A stretch of 17,399 nt of DNA, taken from positions 1 through 17,399 of the forward strand of contig NW_021824820.1 of NCBI RefSeq assembly GCF_006345805.1, read 5' to 3'. This document shows, in pieces, positions 8,275 through 17,399 of this stretch; within the stretch, counting starts at the first letter, position 1, and the number at the start of each line of letters is the position of its first letter. The notes below the pieces were generated by a model. That model saw nothing but the letters and a program-made list of their open reading frames with translations, did not search any database and was not told where the DNA came from. Made by a program: the position numbers and the translations under genes. This DNA comes from Octopus sinensis (Eukaryota).

Positions 8275-8996
8275 TTAAGCTATCGTACATAAAAGAAGCC
8301 ACTATATGCTAATCCAATAATACTAGATAATGTTAATACAAGGAGTCTCAAATTAATTGTAAGTAATGTAATTTGATAAGAAAAATAGATTCAATAACTA
8401 GTATTATTTTAGGTATTTCAGCAAGTTGACTGCGGAATTCTCTGATCTTATTGTAGGAAGGTTACTACCGTGCCCAACTCATTTTATTTTGAGTGTGAAG
8501 CTGATGTCGTTAGATTTAGGACTTGAAGAATATATTCCACATTTTAATGGGTGTTTAATGGAGAATTGAACTCATAACCACCGGGTTATGAAACGAACTT
8601 CAGCTTCCTTGACATGGTAGGTAAATTCCCTGCCGAGTTAAGACTTTTCGTTACTTAAACACCACGACTTCTACACCAGGATCATAAAACAAAACCTACC
8701 AAAGGTGGATGAACTCTGTGATATTCTGTGTAGGTAGTAATGCATAACATCAGAATGAAGTCACATCAAAAGTTAATTACAAGTACAACACAGACGTTCG
8801 GGGCGCTCATAACCCGAACCTTGTCATAATCCGTACTAATTTACAACCAGGAACTTCAAATTCCACGGCCTCTAGACTAATGTATTGGTACCTTGTACGG
8901 TGCAGTATTAATAAACTTGTATAATTTATATTACTGTACAGGTCCCTGTATTTCATTTAATTATTTAAGTAAATCTAATATTTGTGTAATTTAGAG

Positions 8997-9248
8997 CACT
9001 GTTTCTCAACTATATTTGTTTTTTACCTATGGACCCTTTTGATTCCTATTTTACTCGGATGGACTCTCAGAATCATTCGATGTTTAAAAGCATTATATAT
9101 ATTTATGATCAAATATTAGAAATTTAAAAAAGAATTGCTCAAATATTTTGTGTATTATAGAAATATAGTCAATTTATTGTAGATAAATTTTAACAAAATC
9201 TTATATAAACACCCCAAAGGCCATATGGACTCCATTTGAGAACCCCTG
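8997..9248. mobile_element. Non-autonomous hAT (Charlie/Buster-like) MITE, 252 bp
   Basis: TIRs cactgtttctcaact and (reverse complement) caggggttctcaaat match at 11/15. Flanked by an 8-bp TSD atttagag (8989-8996) / atttagaa (9249-9256), close to the nTCTAGAn target consensus. Subterminal atggac(c/t)c motifs. Confidence 0.8.
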
Positions 9249-9760
9249 ATTTAGAATGTGACCACCCTTGATTCGGAAATTCATTATCCGGAATGGTTTT
9301 AAAACCAAAAGGTCCGGAAAATCCATGCTGCGCATGTATATCCGGGACCAGTAGCAACCCTGAATGACCAAGACCGAGGCAGGCGAAACAGATTCAGGTC
9401 CTGCAACAGTAGAAATGCTAAAGGAACTAACTATCGGTCTGTTGGAGAATAAATGCAAAATGAGGTTATAAATTTATTAAATTAATCTTCATATATTTAG
9501 TTGAGTTGCGTCTCTTGCAACAATTTTGTATTTAGAAAAAGAAAATTGACGTAGCCTAACGGAAGTTAAAGTGACAACTTAGAAAAAAATCAACATATGT
9601 TGTTCCAGAAATACAGCAAAGAGACAAGAAAAAAAAAAGAAAATAACAAAAAGAAAAGAAGCAAAAAGTACAAACAAAAACATTTTAGAGATTCACTTTG
9701 AAGCAATACATCAATTATAAATACTGACGGATTTGTAAATATTTTGTTTGTTTAGATATT

Positions 9761-9838
9761 TACTCTATTTTGTAGCATACAAGTCGAATACTTCAGACCA
9801 AATTTTACAGCCAAAAAGAGGTAGGTCGAGTTATACAC
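9761..9838 (+). mobile_element. Possible degenerate Tc1/pogo-type terminal fragment
   Basis: tactctattttgtagcatacaagtcga...ccaaatttt...ccaaaaa...ggtcgagttatacac resembles TACCGTATTT...TATAAGTCGA...GGTCGACTTATACAC termini (from recall, unverified). No second TIR found. Confidence 0.4.
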
Positions 9839-9973
9839 CCAGACGACCTTAGAAAACCCCAAATTCCATGTAGAGGTTCGAATGTTAGTTTGTGATGCAC
9901 AGTTTTATATGACAGATGCAGAGTTGTCTTAACAGCATTCAGGGATCCCCGAGTAAATCAATGCACCGAACCC

Positions 9974-10359
9974 TATACTCTTTTACTTGTTTCAGTCATT
10001 TGACTGCGGTCATGCTGGAGCACCACCTTTAGTCGAGCAAATCGACCCCAGGACTTATTCTTTGTAAGCCTAGTACTTATTCTGTCGGTCTCTTTTGCCG
10101 AACCGCTAAGTTACGGGGACATAAACACACCAGCATCAGTTGTCAAGTGATGTTGGGGGACAAACACAGACACACAAACATATACACACATATACACGAC
10201 GGGCTTTTTTCAGTTTCCGTCTACCAAATCCACTCACAAGGCTTTGGTCTGCCCGAGGCTATAGTAGAAGACACTTGCCCAAGGTGCCATGCAGTGGGAC
10301 TGAACCCGGAACCATGTGGTTGGTAAGCAAGCTACCTACCCAACATCCACTCCTACACC
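9974..10359 (-). mobile_element. tRNA-derived SINE family 1, full-length copy
   Basis: Reverse complement aligns end to end with 13353-13773: head, B box ggttcagtcc, CORE-like gcaccttgggcaagtgtctt, internal TG tract, tail ggtgctccagcatgaccgcagtcaaatgactgaaacaagtaaaag. Possible 6-bp TSD cctata (9972-9977 / 10358-10363). Confidence 0.92.
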
Positions 10360-10831
10360 TATAGCATAAATTTATTGAGAAGAAGCCCCTACATTCATAG
10401 ATTAGAACTGAGGCTTTAGACCGATGAGATCCCCAGGAAAACGCCCAAGCATTAAGATGGTACAGGATAGATGCATGCTTATAGGAATATTTGAACTCTC
10501 AAAGACTAAAGTTTATGAAATACGCCTTCATTACATTCTGCATCCGTTGCAAGAGTGACACGTACATATTTTATCAATTTATCGAACCCCTATAAAACTG
10601 GACTGGGCTTTAGAAAGACAGTGTTTTTTAAATGCAACACAGTCGAGCACCGCTTAAAAGAGACGAATCTTCGACCTTTTAAACAATAGACAGACAGCCT
10701 AATGACTCGACCAAGCAAGTTTTGCGAGGATTACCATTGGATGAGTAAGCTGAAAGTAGCACAAATCAAGAATGTAATGAGTTATTCACAGATTTATTAG
10801 ACTGAAACATAGAGAGAACATTCTTGAAAGA

Positions 10832-10932
<101 letters not shown>

Positions 10933-11016
10933 GATTGTCTGTTTGTCTGACTCTCTCTCTCTCTCTATCTGTCTATTTATCTATCTTTCTGTCTATCTGT
11001 TGTCTGTCTTTCTGCA

Positions 11017-11070
<54 letters not shown>

Positions 11071-11351
11071 CATACATTCATACCTATATACAAGCTCGTG
11101 TGCACACACATGCACTCATACACACGAATACACAAACACACACACACATACACACACACACGTATACGTCTGTCTGTCTGTGCTGAATTCTGCCATTCTG
11201 CCGTTCTGCCATTAGGAATGAGGTCAGTTATAATTACTGGCTAATCTATTATTTCTTCAACGGTCTATGGGCTTCATTCTTCGCCTCTTGTAAGGAAACT
11301 GCACACATGATTGGTTCGAATGAATATTAACAAACAGCGACTCGTTCAATA

Positions 11352-11367
11352 ACTTACCGCCATCTTG
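11352..11367 (-). promoter_or_regulatory. YY1-type CAAGATGGCG motif / Met-Ala start fused to a consensus 5' splice donor (candidate first exon)
   Basis: Minus strand caagATGGCG|GTAAGT: ATG 11363-11361, GCG 11360-11358, donor 11357-11352. Lies in a repeat-free island (~11185-11560). Confidence 0.45.
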
Positions 11368-11625
11368 CTAATGCTTAACCAGTTGTAAACGGAACGCAGC
11401 GGACCATAAGTATCAACACCTAATACCGTGTCTATTGGGTCAGCAATCGACTGAATCAGCAGACAAGTGATTAAAAATAAAATAGTAATAGTCTTAAATA
11501 CCGCCTTAAATACTTATTTGGATGGTCAAACATTTTAAAACATGAAAAACAATCCTTTAATTGACTTATAAATGTACTACGCTTTTTTTTTATTCTATAT
11601 TTTGTATGACTTCATTCTTGAAAAG

Positions 11626-12090
11626 GTGTGTGTGTGCGTATGTATGTATGTATGTATGTATGTTTGTATGTATGTATGTATGTATGTATGTATGTATGTA
11701 TGCATGTATGAATGTATGTATGTATGTATGTATGTATGTATAATATATATATATGCCTGTGTGTATATATGTATGCATATATGAATGATTGCGTATACAC
11801 ACACATACATGCCTATATACACATATGCTTGAATGTATGCATATATATGTATCTATCTATATATATTATATATGTGTATATATACATATATTTATATCTA
11901 TATGAATATATGCATATATCTATGTATATTTATATGCATATATATACATATATATGTATATATATATATATATACTTACATACATATATATATATATGTA
12001 TATACATATGCGTATATGTATATATATGTACGCATATATGTATGTATATATATATAAATAAATATAAATATATATATATATATATATGAT
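11626..12090. repeat. (TATG)n and degenerate (TA)n field
   Basis: Direct reading. Confidence 0.9.
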
Positions 12091-12354
12091 GTTTGTGTAT
12101 AGTTGCGTGCATGTGTTTCTGAATGTAAGCGTGTGAATGAGCTTTATCAAGGTGTTATTTTTTAGCGGAGACATAAAAAAATTAGAAAATTGGAGGAAAA
12201 CAAATAATCGACAAAAAGAAACTCGCCCCCCCCCCACCCACCAAAAGACAGATATACCATATACTCCCACTGTCACTTTTATACACGCGTAAATTTGTAT
12301 AAATGACCAGGGCCTCTATGTCCCAGTTGGTTAGTAAAAAAAAGATAATTCCTC

Positions 12355-12472
12355 TCCTCTCTCTCTCGGCTTATACACACACACACACACACACACATAT
12401 AATATATATGTATATATATATGTATATACATATGTATATATATATGTATATATATATATAGATATATATATA

Positions 12473-12506
<34 letters not shown>

Positions 12507-12518
12507 TCTATATGTATA
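12355..12518. repeat. (CT)n(CA)n(TA)n compound microsatellite
   Basis: Direct reading. Confidence 0.9.
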
Positions 12519-12725
12519 TAGTTAATCCAAACAAAAAAACAAGTCAAAAAGAGAAAAAACAGGCAACGCGAGGACGTGGAACAATTAAAGTATTATTGAC
12601 GCTCAGGAAAGACGGGAAGGAAGGTTTAACGTTTCGAGCGGAGCTCTTCGTCGGAAACAAGGAGAAGGAAAGATCCCAAGAAGGGAAGACAGAGGAAAAA
12701 ATATTTTTGCTGGTGGTGCTCAAGA
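12519..12725 (-). mobile_element. Penelope-like terminal remnant with a hammerhead-like motif, related to 1820-2048
   Basis: Minus strand tgtttCCGACGAAGAGCtccGCTCGAAACGTTaaacc...ttcctgagcgtcaataatac. Confidence 0.55.
12624..12658 (-). ncRNA. Degenerate minimal type I hammerhead ribozyme-like motif
   Basis: Stem I GUUU/AAAC; core CcGACGA (U4->C); stem II GAGC/GCUC; GAAA; ACGU palindrome; GUU triplet. Confidence 0.55.
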
Positions 12726-12730
12726 GATCA

Positions 12731-12782
12731 CATATATATATATATATATACACATACATACATACATACATACATACATACA

Positions 12783-12828
<46 letters not shown>

Positions 12829-12860
12829 CACACATACATATGTATTTATGCTCACTCCCC

Positions 12861-12892
<32 letters not shown>
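12731..12892. repeat. (TA)n(CATA)n(TA)n microsatellite field
   Basis: Direct reading. Confidence 0.9.
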
Positions 12893-12894
<2 letters not shown>

Positions 12895-13030
12895 ACAAGC
12901 ATGTACAAAATGAATTATCTGTACTAGTAGAAGCACCGTCCTCCTAGCTGTTTTCGGTTTTCTGCTAGACGATATAATGTCTGCTTCTTAAAAGCTATGA
13001 TGTGCACTTCTGCCTGTATAGATATGTTAG

Positions 13031-13128
13031 TATGTATGTATGTATGTATGTATGTATGTATGTATGTATGTATGTATGTATGTATGTATGTATGTATGTA
13101 TGTATGTATGTATGTATGTATGTATGTA
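13031..13128. repeat. Perfect (TATG)n microsatellite
   Basis: Direct reading. Confidence 0.95.
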
Positions 13129-13352
13129 TTATGTTTTCTTTGTATGTATATAGGCATGTATGATGTATATATATATAAGTATGCTAGGCCACTGGTTTTA
13201 CATTGATATTAATTAATTAATATTAATATCTACGCTCATTATTTAACTTTTAAATAACCATGTTCTCTAACCGGTAAATTCGCTGCAGAAATTTATCAAC
13301 TGAGGAGTTCTTCAGGGCTTCAGCGCACCAAAATAAAAACATTTGAAATATA

Positions 13353-13773
13353 GGCGCAGGAATGGCTGTGTGGTAAGTAGCTTGCTTACCAACCACATGG
13401 TTCCGGGTTCAGTCCCACTGCGTGGCACCTTGGGCAAGTGTCTTCTGCTATAGCCTCGGGCCGACCAATGCCTTGTGAGTGGATTTGGTAGACGGAAACT
13501 GAAAGAAGCCTGTCGTATATATGTGTATATATATATATATATATGTATGTATGTGTGTGTATATGTTTGTGTGTCTGTGTTTGTCCCCTTAGCATTGCTT
13601 GACAACCGATGCTGGTGTGTTTATGTCCCCGTTACTTAGCGGTTCGGCAAAAGAGACCGATAGAATAAGTACTGGGCTTACAAAGAATAAGTCCCGGGGT
13701 CGATTTGCTCGACTAAAGGCGGTGCTCCAGCATGGCCGCAGTTAAATGACTGAAACAAGTAAAAAAAGTAAAG
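13353..13773 (+). mobile_element. tRNA-derived SINE family 1, full-length copy
   Basis: A box tggctgtgtgg (13363-13373), B box ggttcagtcc (13406-13415), CORE-like gcaccttgggcaagtgtctt, internal TA/TG tract (13517-13560), LINE-like tail ggcggtgctccagcatggccgcagttaaatgactgaaac. Confidence 0.92.
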
Positions 13774-13973
13774 TAATACCCTCAAATATAATTGGCAGAA
13801 CCTTATATATACTCTCTTTCGGGAGAACGTCTTGTGTCTAGTTATTTGAATTATGTTTCCCATGCAACGGCTGCACTGAAGAACAACGGACATTTACATT
13901 TGTAAATGTTAATAGCGAAATTTAGGTATGTAGCTTATTGCCAAACCTTGTATCTATTCATTTGTCTTACTCG

Positions 13974-14310
13974 TTTTACATTCTGGTGTTGGCTGAAATT
14001 TCTTGAGAACACATTCTTCGGGGTAATACGACTTGGTGTTTTCTTCTAGCATATTAGGAATCCACCTTGGTGGTTATTCCTCTTATGTATGTATGTAATA
14101 TAATTTCTTAATCTTCGGATTTTTTAAAGTACACTAAGCCAGTGGTTTAAATTGATATTAATTCCTTAATATTAATTTTTACCCTCATTATTTGTTTGTT
14201 TTACATTCTGGCGTTTGCTGAAATTTCTTGAGAACATATTCTTCGCGGTAAGACGAGTTGGCGTGTTCTTCTAACATATTAGGAATCCACCTTTGTGGTT
14301 ATTGATCTTA
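13974..14310. repeat. Local direct duplication of ~110 bp (13974-14085 and 14198-14310)
   Basis: ttttacattctgg...gctgaaatttcttgagaac...attaggaatccacctt..tggttatt is present twice. Confidence 0.85.
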
Positions 14311-14316
14311 TATATG

Positions 14317-14545
14317 TTTCTTTATTACCCACAAGGGGCTAGACACAGAGGGGACAAACAAGGACAGACAAACGGATTAAGACGATTACATCGACCCTAG
14401 TGCTTAACTGGTACTTAATTTATCGACCCCGAAAGGATGAAAGGCAAAGTCGACCTCGGCGGAATTTGAACTCAGAACGTAGCGGCAGACGAAATACGGC
14501 TACGCATTTCGCCCGGCGTGCTAACGGTTCTGCCAGCTCGACGCC
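14317..14545 (-). mobile_element. SINE family 2, full-length monomer (tail type A)
   Basis: Matches the rightmost trimer unit, including head ggcgtcgagctggcagaaccgttagcacgcc and B box gttcaaattcc. Confidence 0.92.
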
Positions 14546-14564
14546 TTTTTATCAACTTTTGATC

Positions 14565-14611
14565 TTATATATATATATATTGATCTTATATATATATTAA
14601 TATATATTAAT

Positions 14612-14651
<40 letters not shown>

Positions 14652-14675
14652 CACACACACACGTGTGTCTCTCTC

Positions 14676-14706
<31 letters not shown>

Positions 14707-14830
14707 ATCTATTAAATATTATATATTATTACTACATACATACATGTATACTCATATATATATAAGTGTGTATATATATGTATATACATATATGTGTATA
14801 TATATAGGTATGTGTGCGTCTGTGTATATA
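14565..14830. repeat. Compound TA/CA/TC/TG microsatellite field
   Basis: Direct reading. Confidence 0.85.
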
Positions 14831-15034
14831 TACCTGTTGAGACTCACAGCGGCGATGGCATAGGGCTGAGATAATTGGTAATTTGCAATTTATTTGGAAG
14901 AACCATGCAGCAGATTAAACTTGAAGCCATGCAGGAGTGCCGTTTATGTTTATATCCCTGTCAAATCATTCCCCCACAACTCATCTTTATAGCATCACCA
15001 CCCCACTCCATTTGGGGTTTAATGTTTCCCGTAT

Positions 15035-15177
15035 AAGGTGGCGAGCTGGCAGAAACGTTAGCACGCCTGAGTTCAAATTCCACTGAGGTCGACTTTGCTT
15101 TTCATCCTTTCGCGGTCGATCTAATCGACTGGCTCCCTCCCACCAAATTTCGGGCCTTGTGCCTAGAGTAGAAAAGA
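15035..15177 (+). mobile_element. SINE family 2, compact copy with two internal deletions (tail type B)
   Basis: ggcgagctggcagaaacgttagcacgcc|tgagttcaaattcc...tttcatcctttcgcggtcgat|ctaatcgact...ggccttgtgcctagagtagaaaag. Confidence 0.85.
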
Positions 15178-15714
15178 GGGAGAATTAGAGTTGACTGTAA
15201 ACTATAAGGCTGAAAAGATACTGGCTCATAGTCTGTGGTACAGCAGTTCAATCCAGAGAGGGTGGCACTTTCCATATCATCAACAGAAATTAGTCATATG
15301 CTTACAACCGTTGAAAACTTTGGATCTAGAATTCAGCCGTGTTAGAGTTCTTAGATTTGAAAAGGATCTGAGTTCTATCAGCTACGCACAGCTTACATTT
15401 TTTGATAAGTTACCATATAATGTGAAATTTTCGACTATTTTCCACTTTATCGTATGTCGTGTGGTGTTCGACTTCAAACCCCATAGTGACTAACCAACTT
15501 AGTAGCTTTAATTTTGTCTCTATGTTGGAAGGATGGCATGTGATTAGCATAGCCATTTTTTAATTCGTCTTCACATAGTCCGATATAGCTTCTTTTTGCC
15601 TCTTTCTGTTTTCTTCCTCCGTGTCTCTCTCTCCCTCTCTTTCTCTCTCTTTCATACACACACACACACACCCGATCCTGTATCTTAACTGGATTTTCCT
15701 GTTAAACGAGGGTG

Positions 15715-16320
15715 TGCTGTTAGAACATACTATACTGCGGTAGATACCATGAGATAAACTCTCATATTAGCTTTCGGTGCAAAATGCAGTTGTGTTTATA
15801 TCGCTATCTCCGCCACTTCCAGCACCGAGACCACCAGCTCACGTAATTTCGATCTTCCTTGGTCTCATCAATGATGGACGCTTGACCGCTAGAGATAGCA
15901 GACTCACTCCCACCCGCCAACGATATACAAAAAAAAAAAACAGTGCCAAAACAAGCGCTAGCGTCGCGATTAGCCAGTAAATTTGTTAAAAAATATATAC
16001 TAGCGGTAGAGGCAGCATCAATCCCAAGAGATAATATTTATACCCATTTAAACGTGGATGTTCTATTAGAATGAACTATACTACGATAGATATCTCATAT
16101 AGGTTTTTGGTGCAAAATGCAGTCTTGTTTATATTGTTAGCGGGGAGATAAATCCCCACCACGTCCAGCGCTGCACCCACTAGGTCACATGATTTCGACC
16201 TTCCTTGGTCTCGTCAACGATGGACGTTCGACTGCTAGAAGCAGCAGCGAGTCATCTCCCCCGCAAGCGATATATAGAAAAAACAGTGCCAAAACCAAAA
16301 CAGTCGCTGGTGTCGCTATA
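15715..16320. repeat. Diverged tandem duplication of a ~255 bp non-simple unit (15715-15970 and 16057-16320)
   Basis: Shared collinear blocks: ctcatat..g.ttt.ggtgcaaaatgcagt, atttcga.cttccttggtctc.tcaa.gatggacg, cgatata...aaaaaacagtgccaaaac. Confidence 0.8.
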
Positions 16321-16494
16321 TGATGTCTTGATGGAAAACTACGACGGAACCGAAATTTTTGAGCTATCGAGTCTGTATTTTAACAGGATTTTCCAGTTGT
16401 TGCTTGAAAAGCATTTTCGTAAATTTCGAGCATTTAAGTATAAGAGGGACCCTATTAAAAATATCAGAAGATACCTCACCTTGCAGCATATACG

Positions 16495-16510
16495 CACGCA
16501 CACACACACA

Positions 16511-16578
<68 letters not shown>

Positions 16579-16600
16579 CCTGCACACACACGCGCACACA
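16495..16600. repeat. (CA)n microsatellite
   Basis: Direct reading. Confidence 0.95.
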
Positions 16601-17149
16601 GAGCCTATATTATAATAGCATTTACCTGATGTGAATGATCATATTTAACTAATATTATCACAGATATATCCCTTACTCCGACCATCACTAGTTTCAGTTT
16701 ACTCCACAAATCCTTTGTCCTTTTTTTTTTTTATATTCTCTTTAACACGAGAAATTGAGTAGATTTTTCCCAAAATCAGAAATTTAGTAAGTTAAAGTAG
16801 AACAACGGTAATAGAGATAAAGTTAAAATTAAGAGAAGATCATCTAGAATATTCTAAATGATCACCAGACAAAAGGTGAAATGAGAAGATTCTATTTAAT
16901 ATTTAAAATAATGGCATCACACGTTGAATGTTTGCAATTTTTCACAATTTGATCAGGAAATTTTCCTCCACGACACGACAGAATTCATAGAATATATTTT
17001 ATATTTATATCTATATCTATATAATTAGGAAAAATTGCTTAGATTGTTATTCCAGAAATATTTTACACCGAAATCACTTTTAAAGCAATATTTCATTATT
17101 AATTCTTCTCTTTTACTTTTATTATTTATTTTAGGCATCAATTTGTCAT

Positions 17150-17335
17150 TTATATGTATGTTTGTGTGTGTATACACACACACACACGCACATACACACA
17201 TATATATATATACACACACAAGGATGTATGTATATATGTTCGTATGTATGTATATATACGTATGTGTATATGTGTGTGTATGTGTGCAAACATTTTTGTA
17301 TATGCATACATATGTATACGTATCTATAGACTGAC

Positions 17336-17399
<64 letters not shown>
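17150..17399. repeat. Compound TG/CA/TA microsatellite field running to the window end
   Basis: Direct reading. Confidence 0.9.

Noticed and set aside
8560-8600. tRNA-Met-like fragment on the minus strand (tcataac...gagttcaattc) with an 8-bp hairpin tcataacc/ggttatga
   Set aside because: No D arm, A box or acceptor stem; at most a decayed SINE head.
9201-9458. Minus-strand exon after good acceptors at ~9440 and ~9402, as a possible second exon of the 11358 start
   Set aside because: No convincing donor, an unrecognisable peptide, and the ORF runs into the hAT MITE.
13954-14277. Paired small minus-strand ORFs (MLEENTKSYY... / MLEEHANSSY...) in the Y duplicates
   Set aside because: About 7 nonsynonymous versus 3 synonymous differences by manual count, consistent with neutral divergence.
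15863-15870. GATGGACG shared among the tandem pair and the RTE 3' UTR (~3867-3874)
   Set aside because: An 8-mer with no flanking alignment; too short to infer homology.

Overview
Eukaryotic, AT-rich, microsatellite-dense non-coding DNA (intronic or intergenic). The repeat landscape suggests an octopus or other coleoid cephalopod; this is inference from recalled repeat style, not a database match. No intact host CDS is recognisable, and most ORF-track entries are translated microsatellites. Contents: (i) a decayed CR1/Jockey-group LINE 3' portion (1-1086); (ii) a decayed RTE LINE in two opposite-strand halves with a flush junction, resembling a twin-priming 5' inversion with a ~160 bp duplication, whose ORF ends in three C2H2 fingers (2463-3912); (iii) two tRNA-derived SINE families, one sharing a 3' motif and hairpin with the LINE, the other forming a head-to-tail trimer and carrying three alternative tails; (iv) two Penelope-like terminal remnants with minimal hammerhead-ribozyme-like motifs that show stem I covariation; (v) a hAT MITE with 8-bp TSD, a palindromic MITE-like element and several local duplications; (vi) a candidate minus-strand first exon, CAAGATGGCG|GTAAGT, at 11352-11367. 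All alignments and counts were done by eye.
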